Shown: positions 10,330 to 22,899 of the stretch, piece after piece
Layout of the letters: every line of letters begins with the position of its first letter
How positions within the stretch are numbered: position 1 is the first letter of the stretch
Made by a program: the position numbers and the translations under genes
Notes under the pieces: model-generated
Told to the model about the DNA's origin: nothing
Database searches by the model: none
Seen by the model: the letters and a program-made list of their open reading frames with translations, nothing else
NCBI GenBank assembly: GCA_030390025.1
Contig: JASTWF010000035.1
Span: 2,542,001-2,606,000, forward strand
Direction of reading: 5' to 3'
DNA length: 64,000 nt
Origin: Squalus acanthias
Taxonomy: Eukaryota

Positions 10330-13300
10330 AGCAATCACACACACACTCTAAATCCACTGACACACACACTCCAAACCCGTCGACACACACACTCCACACC
10401 CATCGAAACACACTCCAAACCCATCGACACAGACACTCCAAACCCATCGAAACACACACTCCAAACCCCTCGACACACACACTCGACACCCATCGAAACA
10501 CACACTCCAAACCCATCGACAGACACACTCCAAACCCATCGACACACACACTCCACACCCATCGAAACACACACTCCAAACCCATCGACACACACACTCC
10601 AAACCCATCGACACACACACTCCAAACCCATCGACACACACACTCCAAACCCATCGACACACACACTCCAAACCCATCGACACACACACTCCAAACCCCT
10701 CGACACACACACAGCAAACCCCTCGATACACACTCCAAACACATCGCCATACAACCTCCAAACCCATCGACACACACTCCAAACCCATCGACACACACTC
10801 CACACCCATCGAAACACACACTCCAAACCCATCGACACACACACTCCAAACCCATCGACACACACACTCCACACCCATCGAAACACACACTCCAAACCCA
10901 TCGACACACACAGTCCAAACCCCTCGACACACACACTCCAAACACCTCGACACACACACAGCAAACCCCTCGACACACACACTCCAAACACATCGCCACA
11001 GAACCTCCAAACCCATCGACACTCACACTCCAAACCCCTCGACACACACACAGCAAACCCCTCGACACACACACTCCAAACCCATCGACACACACGCTCC
11101 AAACCCATCGACACACAACCTCCAAACCCATCGACACACACGCTCCAAAGCCATCGACACACACGCTCCAAACCCCTCGACACACACACTCCAAACCCAT
11201 CGACACACACACTCCAAACCCATCGACACACACTCCAAACCCATCGACACACACACTCCAAACCCATCGACACACACACTCCAAACCCATCGACACACAC
11301 TCCAAATCCATCGACACACACACTCCAAACCCATCGACACAAACCCTCCAAACCCATCGACACGCACACTCCAAACCCCTCGACACACACTCCAAACCCC
11401 TCGACACACACACTCCAAACCCCTCGACACACACACTCCAAACACATCGACACACACACTCCAAACCCATCGACACACACACTCCAAACTCATCGACACA
11501 CACACTCCAAACCCATCGACACACACACTCCAAACCCATCGACACACACACTCCAAACCCCTCGACACACACTCCAAACCCCTCAACACACACACTCCGA
11601 ACCCATCGACACACACACTCCAAACCCATCGACACGCACACTCCAAACCCCTCGACACACACACTCCAAACCCCTCGACACACACACTCCAAACCCATCG
11701 ACACACACACTCCAAACCCATCGACACACACACTCCAAACCCATCGACACACACACTCCAAACCCATCGACACACACACTCCAAACCCATCGACACACAC
11801 ACTCCAAACCCATCGACACACACTCCAAACCCATCGACACACACACTCCAAACCCATCGACACACACACTCCAAACCCATCGACACACACACTCCAAACC
11901 CATCGACACACACACTCCAAACCCATCGACACTCGCACTCCAAACCCATCGACACACACACTCCAAACCCCTCGACACACACACTCCAAACCCATCGACA
12001 CACGCACTCCAAACCCCTCGACACACACACAGCAAACCCCTCGACATACACACTCCAAACACATCACCACACAACGCCCAAACCCATCGACACTCACACT
12101 CCAAACCCCTCGACACACACACAGCAAACCCCTCGACACACACACTCCAAACCCATCGACACACACACTCCAAACCCATCGACACACACAGTGCAAACCC
12201 ATCGACACACACTCCAAACCCATCGACACACACACTCCAAACCCATCGACACACACACTCCAAACTCATCGACACACACACTCCACACCCATCGACACGC
12301 ACACTCCAAATCCATCGACACACACACTCCAAACCCCTCGACACACACACAGCAAACCCCTCGATACACACTCCAAACACATCGCCATACAACCTCCAAA
12401 CCCATCGACACACACTCCAAACCCATCGACACACACTCCACACCCATCGAAACACACACTCCAAACCCATCGACACACACACTCCAAACCCATCGACACA
12501 CACACTCCACACCCATCGAAACACACACTCCAAACCCATCGACACACACACAGCAAACCCCTCGACACACACACTCCAAACCCCTCGACACACACACAGC
12601 AAACCCCTCGACACACACACTCCAAACACATCGCCACAGAACCTCCAAACCCATCGACACTCACACTCCAAACCCCTCGACACACACACAGCAAACCCCT
12701 CGACACACACACTCCAAACCCATCGACACACACGCTCCAAACCCATCGACACACAACCTCCAAACCCATCGACACACACGCTCCAAAGCCATCGACACAC
12801 ACGCTCCAAACCCCTCGACACACACACTCCAAACCCATCGACACACACACTCCAAACCCATCGACACACACTCCAAACCCATCGACACACACACTCCAAA
12901 CCCATCGACACACACACTCCAAACCCATCGACACACACACTCCAAACCCATCGACACACACTCCAAATCCATCGACACACACACTCCAAACCCATCGACA
13001 CACACACTCCAAACCCATCGACACGCACACTCCAAACCCCTCGACACACACTCCAAACCCCTCGACACACAAACTCCAAACCCCTCGACACACACACTCC
13101 AAACACATCGACACACACACTCCAAACCCATCGACACACACACTCCAAACTCATCGACACACACACTCCAAACCCATCGACACACACACTCCAAACCCAT
13201 CGACACACACACTCCAAACCCCTCGACACACACTCCAAACCCCTCGACACACACTCCAAACCCCTCGACACACACACTCCGAACCCATCGACACACACAC

Positions 13301-15315
13301 TCCAAACCCATCGACACGCACACTCCAAACCCCTCGACACACACACTCCAAACCCCTCGACACACACACTCCAAACCCATCGACACACACACTCCAAACC
13401 CATCGACACACACACTCCGAACCCATCGACACACACACTCCAAACCCATCGACACACACACTCCAAACCCATCGACACACACACTCCAAACCCATCGACA
13501 CACACTCCAAACCCATCGACACACACACTCCAAACCCATCGACACACACACTCCAAACCCATCGACACACACACTCCAAACCCATCGACACACACACTCC
13601 AAACCCATCGACACTCGCACTCCAAACCCATCGACACACACACTCCAAACCCCTCGACACACACACTCCAAACCCATCGACACACGCACTCCAAACCCCT
13701 CGACACACACACAGCAAACCCCTCGACATACACACTCCAAACACATCACCACACAACGCCCAAACCCATCGACACTCACACTCCAAACCCCTCGACACAC
13801 ACACAGCAAACCCCTCGACACACACACTCCAAACCCATCGACACACACACTCCAAACCCATCGACACACACAGTGCAAACCCATCGACACACACTCCAAA
13901 CCCATCGACACACACACTCCAAACCCATCGACACACACACTCCAAACTCATCGACACACACACTCCACACCCATCGACACGCACACTCCAAACCCATCGA
14001 CACACACAGTGCAAACCCATCGACACACACTCCAAACCCATCGACACACACACTCCAAACCCATCGACACACACTCCAAACCCATCGACACACACACTCC
14101 AAACCCATCGACACACACACTCCAAACCCATCGACACACACACTCCAAACCCATCGACACACACTCCAAATCCATCGACACACACACTCCAAACCCATCG
14201 ACACACACACTCCAAACCCATCGACACGCACACTCCAAACCCCTCGACACACACTCCAAACCCCTCGACACACAAACTCCAAACCCCTCGACACACACAC
14301 TCCAAACACATCGACACACACACTCCAAACCCATCGACACACACACTCCAAACTCATCGACACACACACTCCAAACCCATCGACACACACACTCCAAACC
14401 CATCGACACACACACTCCAAACCCCTCGACACACACTCCAAACCCCTCGACACACACTCCAAACCCCTCGACACACACACTCCGAACCCATCGACACACA
14501 CACTCCAAACCCATCGACACGCACACTCCAAACCCCTCGACACACACACTCCAAACCCCTCGACACACACACTCCAAACCCATCGACACACACACTCCAA
14601 ACCCATCGACACACACACTCCGAACCCATCGACACACACACTCCAAACCCATCGACACACACACTCCAAACCCATCGACACACACACTCCAAACCCATCG
14701 ACACACACTCCAAACCCATCGACACACACACTCCAAACCCATCGACACACACACTCCAAACCCATCGACACACACACTCCAAACCCATCGACACACACAC
14801 TCCAAACCCATCGACACTCGCACTCCAAACCCATCGACACACACACTCCAAACCCCTCGACACACACACTCCAAACCCATCGACACACGCACTCCAAACC
14901 CCTCGACACACACACAGCAAACCCCTCGACATACACACTCCAAACACATCACCACACAACGCCCAAACCCATCGACACTCACACTCCAAACCCCTCGACA
15001 CACACACAGCAAACCCCTCGACACACACACTCCAAACCCATCGACACACACACTCCAAACCCATCGACACACACAGTGCAAACCCATCGACACACACTCC
15101 AAACCCATCGACACACACACTCCAAACCCATCGACACACACACTCCAAACTCATCGACACACACACTCCACACCCATCGACACGCACACTCCAAACCCAT
15201 CGACACACACAGTGCAAACCCATCGACACACACTCCAAACCCATCGACACACACACTCCAAACCCATCGACACACACACTCCAAACCCCTCGACACACAC
15301 CATCCAAACCCAAAC
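10330..15315. repeat. 5 kb satellite, 21-23 bp unit (ctccaaacccatcgacacacaca), with kb-scale higher-order duplications
   Basis: Tandem array. A rare variant block (gacatacacactccaaacacatcaccacacaacgccc) recurs with spacings of 1682 and 1203 bp (ORF starts MYVEG at 12051, 13733, 14936). Confidence 0.97.
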
Positions 15316-15404
15316 ATCGCCGTGCCCGGGCGCTAGTTGCTTTGCGCCTCATTAGCGCCCTCTTAAGGCGCTAACGGGAGGCGCAACCAACTGAATTTTT
15401 CCCC

Positions 15405-18400
15405 CCTTTACTCTTCTACCAAAATCCTGTTGTAATAAAGGCCAACATACCATTTGCTTTCCTAATTGCTTGCTGTACCTGCATGTTAACTTTCAGTGAT
15501 TTGTGTACAAGGACACCCAGGTCCCTCTGAACACCAACATTTCCCAATCTCTCACGATTTAAAAAAATTCTGCTTTTCTATTTTCCTACCAAAGTGGATA
15601 ACTTCACATTTCTCCACATAATATTCCATTTGCCATGTTCTTGCCCACTCACTTAGCCTGTCTGTATCCCCTTGACCTTGACGCCTCCTTGCTGCCTCCT
15701 CACAACTTACATTCCCACCCAGCTTTGTATCATCAGCAAACTTGGAGATATTACATTTGGTCCCCTCATCCAAATCATTGATGTAGATTGTGAATAGCTG
15801 AGGCCCAAGCACTGATCCTTGCGGTACCTCACGAGTTACAGCCTGCCAACCCGTTAATGACCCTTTATTCCTGCTCTCTGCTTTCTGTCCGTTAACCAAT
15901 CCTCAATCCATGCTCATATATTACCCCCAATCCCATGAGCCCTAATTTTGTTTAATAACCTCTTGTGTGGCACCTTATAAGAACAAAAGAACGTAAGAAA
16001 TAGGAGCAAGAGCAGGCCATTCGGCCCCTCGAGCCTGCTCTGCCATTTAATGAGATCATGGCTGATCCGATTTTGGCCTCAACTCCACTTTCCTGCCCGC
16101 TCCCCATAACCCTTGACTCCCCTGTTGCTCAAAAATCTGTCTATCTCCGCCTTGAATATATTCAATGACTCAGCTTCCACAGCTCTCTAGGGTAAAGAAT
16201 TCCAAAGATTCACGACCCTCTGAGAGAAGAAATTCCTCCTCATCTCCGTCTTAAATGGGCGACCCTTTATTCTGAGACTATGACCCCTCATTCTAGATTC
16301 CCCACGAGGGGAAACAGCCTCTCAGCATCTACCCCGTCCAACTTCCTCAGAATCTTATATGTTTCATTAAGATCACCTCTCATTCTTCTAAACTCCAATG
16401 AGTATAGGCACAACCTGCTCAACCTTTCCTCATAAGACAACCCTTCCATTCCAGGAATCAACCTGGTGAACCTTCTCTGAACTGCCTCCAATGCAAGTAT
16501 ATCCCTCCTTAAATAAGGGGACCAAAACTGTACGCAGTTCTCTAGATGTGGTCTCACCAGCACCCTGTACAGTTGTAGCAAGACTTCCCTGCTTTTACAC
16601 TCTATCCCCCTTGCAATAAAGGCCAACATTCCATTTGCCTTCCTAATTACTTGCTGCACCTGCATGTTAACTTTTTGTGTTTCATGTACGAGGACACCCA
16701 GATCCCTCTGTACCGCAGCATTCTGTAGTCTTTCTCCATTGAAATATTTTTCTTTTCTATTCTTCCGACTAAAGTGGATAACTTCACATTTTCCCACATT
16801 ATATTCCATCTGCCAAATTCTTGCCCACTCACTTAACCTATCTATATCCCTTTGCAGACTCTTTATGTCCTCCTCACAACTTGCTTTCCCACCTATCTTT
16901 GTATCGTCCGCAAATTTGGCTACAATACACTCGCTTCCTTCATCCAAGTCATTAATATAGATTGAAAATAGTTGAGGCCCCAGCACTGATCCCTGTGGCA
17001 CCCCACTAGATACAGATTGCCATCTTGAAAATGACCCATTTATCCCAACTCTCTGTTTTCTGTTAGTTAGCCAATCCTCTATCCAGCTCTTTTCTTATGC
17101 AGTAACCTTTTATGTGGCACCTTGTCGAATGCCTTTTGGAAATTCAAATACACTACATCTATTGGTTCGCCTTTATCCACCCTGCTCGTTACCTCCTCAA
17201 AGAACTCAAATAGGTTTATCAAACACGATTTCCCTTTCATAAATCCTTGTTGACTCTGCTCAATCCTATTATTATTTTCTGAGTGCCCTGTTACCATATC
17301 CTTAATAATAGATTCTTGCATTTTCCCTACCACTGATGTCAGGCTAACTGGTCTGTAGTTCCCTGTTTTCTCTCTCCCTCCTTTCTTAAATAGCGCGGTT
17401 ACATTTGTTACCTTCCAATCCGCGGGAAACGTTCTAGAAAAATGGAATTTTGGAAGATGACAACCAGTACATCAACTATCTCTATAGCCACCTCTTTCAA
17501 AAAGCTAGGATGTAGGCCATCAGGTCCAGGGGATTTATCGGCTTTCAGTCCCATTAATTTCTCCAGTACTATTTTTTTACTAATACTAATTTCTTTCAGT
17601 TCCTCATTCTCACTAGCCCATTGGTTCTCCACTATTTCCGGGAAGTTTTTTGCGTCTTCTTCTGTGAAGACAGACACAAAGAGCTGGATTTTGAATGACC
17701 CGTGGAGTCAGGTTTGGAGGCGTGTGGGGGGTTAAAGTTGCGGGGTCGGGGGTCCCGACCCCATCCCGCCTCCACGCAATTTTGACAAAATCAGTCGCAG
17801 GGTTACTGACTCCGTCCCGCCTCCAAGAGGCGGGAGAGGCCATTAAAGCCCTTAACAAGCCCTAAATTGGCTCTGTAATGCCATTTTGAAACGTTTTAGC
17901 TAGTTTAACCCTTTTCCGACGTGAAGTACGCCTGATGTGAAACACTCCAGTGAAACCTGGTGGGAGCACAAGTGGATAGCTGACTATCAGCTGCAGGTCC
18001 ACTATTACAACGGAGATGTGATGGAGGTAGTAGTAGTATTAGGTCTGAAAGTCGCCTCTGATGCTGCTGCATTGAATGTCTTCAGAAACTGCCTGGCCTT
18101 TGCTGTGAAAGGACCTGGATGCAAAAATTTTTAATTCTCTCTCTCTCTCTCTTCATTTTGCATCCAGGTCCTCTCTCACCAACAGCCAGGCAGTCTCTGA
18201 GACCAGGCAGTCAGTCTCTGACCTGCAATGCAGCAGCAATGATGACATCATCAGAGGCGACTTTCAGACTGAAACCACTAATTGGTTCATGGGTTGCCAC
18301 ATGCTGGAACTCAATTGCCCAATTAAGTGAAAATTGCATCATTCATCCACATTAATCTGGAGTCAGGGGGGGACATGAAATGTGGATGACACGACCCCAA

Positions 18401-19200
18401 GACAAAATCCAGCCCAAATTGTTTGTTTAATTTCTCTGCCATTTCCTTATTCCCCATTATAATTCCTCCTGTCTCAGCCTGTAAGGGTCCCACATTTACT
18501 TTTGCTAATCTTCTGCTTTTTACATACCTATCGAAGCTTTTACAGTCCGTTTTTATGCCCCTCTCTAGTTTACTCTCATATTCTATTTTCCCTTTCTTTA
18601 TCAATCTCTTGGTTCTCCTTTGCTGAATTTTAAAATTCTCCCAATCCTCAGGCTTACTGCTCTTTTTGACAACATTATAAGACTCTTCCTTTGATCTAAT
18701 ACGATCTTTAACTTCTCTTGTTAGCCACGGTTGGACTACTTTTCCTGTGAGGGTTTTGTGCCTTAAATTATGTATTAATTCTTTAAATGCTAGCCATTGC
18801 TTGTCTACTGTCATACCTTTTAATGTAGTTTGCTAATCTATCTTAGCCAACTCGCCCCTCATACCTACGTAGTTTGCTTTGCTTAGATTTAAGACCCTAG
18901 TTTCGATTTAACTAAATCACTTTTGAACTTAATATTACTTTGTTCTTATGTTAACTTTCAGTGATTCGTGTCACTCTTCCCTAAAGGCCCCTTTACTACA
19001 AGGTTATTAATTAACCCTTTCTCATTGCACAATACTAGATCTAAAATAGTCTGTTCCCTCGTTGGTTCCTCAACATACTGATCTAGAAAACTATCTTGTA
19101 TACATTCCATGAATTCGTCCTCCACACTATTATTGCAAATTTGGTTTGCCTAGTCTATATGTAGATTAAAGTCCCCCATTATTACTATATTACCCGAGTT
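15405..19200 (-). mobile_element. Nested or adjacent CR1 ORF2 fragments, interrupted by the MITE at 17681-18415
   Basis: ORFs 15552-15899, 16288-17001, 17079-17333, 17408-17677 and 18323-18814 are all CR1 ORF2 pieces; 3' tail near 15978. Confidence 0.9.
17681..18415 (+). mobile_element. Non-autonomous Harbinger derivative (MITE)
   Basis: Termini gagctggattttg...caaaatccagccc with 3-bp TSD AAA (17678-17680 and 18416-18418). Subterminal blocks are shared with 49828-54080 (cccgcctccaagaggcggga; catcagaggcga...ctaattgg). Confidence 0.85.
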
Positions 19201-19214
19201 ACATGCACCTCTAT

Positions 19215-20472
19215 TTCCTAATTAAGGAGAGCCAACACGGATTTGTAAAAGGCAGATCGTGTTTGACTAATCTAATTGAATTTTTTGATGAAGTAACAGA
19301 GCGGATTGATGAAGGGAATGCATTGGATGTTGTCTACATGCATTTTAGGGAGGCGTTTGACAAAGTACCACAGAGAAGGCTGGTTAACAAAATTGAGGCT
19401 CATGGAATAGGTGGGTCAGTGGCAGCTTGGATAAGGAATTGGCTTAAGGACAGAAAACAGCGAGTCGTGGTAAATGGCTGTTTTTCAGACTGGAGGATGG
19501 TAGACAGTGGTGTTCCCCAAGGGTCAGTGCTGGGGCCACTGCTTTTTTGATATATATAAATGACCTGGATATTGGAATACAGTGTATTCCAAACTTGGGG
19601 GTGTGGCAAACAGTGATGATGATACCAATCGACTGCAACAGGACATAGAAAGGCTAGCAGAATGGGCAGACAAGTGGCAGATGGAATTTAATACAGAGAA
19701 GTATGAGGTGATACATTTTGGCAGAAGGAACAGGGAGAGGCAATACACACTTAATGGCACAGTTTTAAAGAGTGTGCAGGGACAGTGGGACCTGGGAGTT
19801 AATGTGCATAGGTCCCTGAAGGTGGCAGGACATATTGAGAAAGTGGTTAGCCAAGCATATGGGAACTTTGGCTTCATAAATAGAGGTATTGAGTACAAAA
19901 GTAGGGAAGTTATGCTGAACCTTTATAAAGTGCTGGTTAGGCCACAACTGGAGTATTGCATCCAGTACTGGTTACCACACTTTAGGCCCTTGAGGGTGCA
20001 GAGGAGATTTACCAGAATGGTTCCGGGGATGGGGCATCTTAGCTACAAGGACAGGTTGGAGAAGCTGGATTTGTTTTCATTAGAGCAAAGGAGGTTGAGG
20101 GGTGATTTGATAGAGGTGTGCAGGATTATGACGAGTTTGGATAGGCTAGATGGGGAAAGGCTGTTCCCACTAGTTGATGGACCAAGGACTAGGGGACACA
20201 GATTTAAGGGTTTGGGCAAGAGATACAGGGGGGACGTGAGGGAAAACTTTTTTACGCAGCGAGTGGTGATGACCTGGAACTCGCTGCCAACGGAAGTGGT
20301 GGAGGCGGAGACACTCAATGTTTTCAAGGGGAGACTGGATAGGCACTTGAGGGAAATAAACTTACAGGGCTACGGGGATAGAGCGGGGGAATGGGACTGA
20401 CTGGATCGCTCTACAGAGAGCTGGCACGGACTCGATGGGCCGAATGGCCTCCTTCTGTGCCGTTATGACTCT
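19215..20472 (+). mobile_element. 5'-truncated CR1 with the RT FADD motif deleted
   Basis: ORFs 19203-19550 and 19582-20400 plus a CR1 3' tail; ggaatacagtgtattccaaacttggg lacks the KFADDT codons. Confidence 0.9.
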
Positions 20473-20599
20473 ATTTCTCTTTTTCCCTGATGTCACCTTA
20501 GTCACTGATGCCTTATTACCTTCATTACTCTCTTTGTCACTTCCTGACCCACTCTGAGAAAAGCTGGATGTTACTGAGTTGAAGCCTTGTCCACAGGCC

Positions 20600-20740
20600 A
20601 CTGCTTCCCGCCCTTTGTCCTTGCCGCCTTGCGCGAGCGCACTGTTCTGGCCTGGGGTGGCGGTGTGCGCCTGCGCAGCGGGGCTGGGTGTTGTTGTGCG
20701 CCTGCGCAGCGGGGCTGGGTGTTGTTGTGCGCCTGCGCAG
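20600..20740 (+). promoter_or_regulatory. CpG-rich segment with a 31-bp tandem unit carrying NRF1-type motifs; probable promoter of ADAM paralog B
   Basis: TGCGCCTGCGCA at 20666-20677, 20697-20708 and 20728-20739, running into the gap, about 2 kb upstream of exon 22690. Confidence 0.6.
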
Positions 20741-21159
20741 NNNNNNNNNNNNNNNNNNNNNNNNNNNNNNNNNNNNNNNNNNNNNNNNNNNNNNNNNNNN
20801 NNNNNNNNNNNNNNNNNNNNNNNNNNNNNNNNNNNNNNNNNNNNNNNNNNNNNNNNNNNNNNNNNNNNNNNNNNNNNNNNNNNNNNNNNNNNNNNNNNNN
20901 NNNNNNNNNNNNNNNNNNNNNNNNNNNNNNNNNNNNNNNNNNNNNNNNNNNNNNNNNNNNNNNNNNNNNNNNNNNNNNNNNNNNNNNNNNNNNNNNNNNN
21001 NNNNNNNNNNNNNNNNNNNNNNNNNNNNNNNNNNNNNNNNNNNNNNNNNNNNNNNNNNNNNNNNNNNNNNNNNNNNNNNNNNNNNNNNNNNNNNNNNNNN
21101 NNNNNNNNNNNNNNNNNNNNNNNNNNNNNNNNNNNNNNNNNNNNNNNNNNNNNNNNNNN
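20741..21159. other. Assembly gap (419 N)
   Basis: Run of N. Confidence 1.
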
Positions 21160-21199
21160 CCCCCTCCTCTTCCCCCCCCTCCCCCTCCTCTTCCCCCTG

Positions 21200-22035
21200 A
21201 ATATGCACACCCAGGTCCCTCTGCTCTTGCACCGCCTCAGAATCGTACCGTTCAGATTGTACTGCCTCTCCATGTTGTTTCTCCTGAAGTACTTCACTTC
21301 ACACTTATCCGCATTAAACTACATCTGCCATGTGTCTGCCCATATCACCAGTCTGCTACTATCCTGCTCACTACGTTGCCAAGTTCTGTATCATCCGCAA
21401 AGTTTGAAATTGTACTCCCTGTACCCAAGCCCTGGCCATTTATATTTCAGAAAAACAATGTTCATAATACCGACCCCTGGGGGACCCCATGTTTCGCTAC
21501 AGTCAGAAAAACATCCATTCACCACTACTCTCTGCATTCTATCCCTTCGCCAATTACGCACCCAAGTTACCACCGTTCCTTTAATACCATGCACTTCTAT
21601 TTCCAAATAAGTTTGTTGTGGTATTTTATCAAATGCCTTTTGATACCTACCTTCATCAACCCTCTCTGTTAATTCATCAAAGAACTCAAATCAGGTTAGT
21701 CAGACATGATTTGCCTTTAACAAATCTGTGCTGGCTGTCCTTTATTAATCCATGCTTCTCCAAGTGAGAATTATTTTTCCACCTGATTGGCCTGTAGATA
21801 CTAGGTTTATCCCTCTCCCCTTTTTTGAACAGGGGTATAACAGATGCAGTCCTCTAGCACCACTCACATATCCTTGGAGGATTGTGGTCAGAGCTTCTAC
21901 TATCTCCACCCTAGCTTTACTAAGCAACCTAGGATACATCCCATCTGGACTGGGTGGCTTGTTAACGACTGCTACATTAACTTCATCCTCTTCTTTTGTG
22001 AAGACAGATACAAAGTACTCATTTAGTAGCTTAGT
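21200..22035 (-). mobile_element. Old degenerate CR1 fragment
   Basis: Residual ORF2 peptides (VHGIKGTVVTWVRNW; LNEYFVSVFTKE). Confidence 0.8.
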
Positions 22036-22039
22036 CATG

Positions 22040-22300
22040 CCCTCTCCATCCATTTTCTCTCCCAATCCCCTTCCTGCCCATTCCTCCTCTTTCCCTCTCC
22101 GAGCCCCTCTGTCCCAACCCATCCTCTACCCATATCCTTTTACTCTCCATCACTACCTGCTGCATCTCCTCATCCTTTCTCCCATCCCTTTTTTCCTCCA
22201 TCTCCATCCACATCCCCTCGTCTTCCCTCAACCCTCCCTTCCCAATTCTTCCCTCGTACCAAATGCTCTCCAATGCCGTCCTCTCCATATCCCTATCTAC
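22040..22300. repeat. Pyrimidine-rich low-complexity tract
   Basis: Strongly C/T-biased on the plus strand. Confidence 0.8.
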
Positions 22301-22689
22301 TCTCACATATCTTGTACGCACGCTAGTTCTCCTCTACATTTCTTCCTTGTGCTCATATCCGATTCTTCCTGATAGCCCTTTTCCATCAGAGATTACTGCC
22401 AAGATCTTCCCCGTTTGCTCCACTTGGCCATTCATGCAACACATAACCTGAGATTGGAAATTTAGCTTAGAGAGTGGCAAGTAAAAAAATAGTCCCCAGC
22501 ACTTGGATGTTGCAGATCACCAATTCTGCAAGTGCCGTACTATCCTAGCATCATTCAGTCATCCTTTAGCACTGTTTTAGTAAGAGTAGAGGTGTGCTGC
22601 TTATAGTCTTAAATTATAACATTGTCCACACTTTAATTTAACAAGTCTATACTTGGTAACCGTGTCATGTTTTCCTGGTATTGAAACAG

Positions 22690-22805
22690 GAGATGATTTC
22701 CTGAAACATCAGGAAAAGCTTCTTCAAGAACTGCATCAGTACGGAGTTATCTCTCCATTTATTGTATCAGGAGGACAGATGTGGAACATGGATCTTTTAC
22801 AACAG
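22690..22805 (+). CDS. ADAM paralog B, exon 2 (start of prodomain)
   Basis: Acceptor ttgaaacag, 116-bp exon, donor CAG|gtaaag. Reads (G)DDFLKHQEKLLQELHQYGVISPFIVSGGQMWNMDLLQQ with phases 1/0, the same as exon 334-443. Confidence 0.85.
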
Positions 22806-22899
22806 GTAAAGAATTCAGCAGAAGAGAGGATTTTAATTAATAATAGTCTTGTTCCAGAACTGTTCAGATTTACCTTTCAGATTAAAAAGCAGGACCTCA

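Noticed and set aside
10328..15355. Very long Cys/Val-rich and His/Thr-rich ORFs (up to 1054 aa)
   Set aside because: They are translations of a stop-poor satellite, open in several frames on both strands.
15316..15405. GC-rich stub after the satellite, possibly a DNA-transposon end
   Set aside because: No matching opposite end or TSD was identified.
5780..20740. Shared bidirectional promoter for the two ADAM genes
   Set aside because: The starts are about 15 kb apart, separated by a LINE, a satellite and CR1s, and each has its own motif cluster.
20362..21672. ORFs spanning the N run
   Set aside because: They are open only because N codons are not read as stops.
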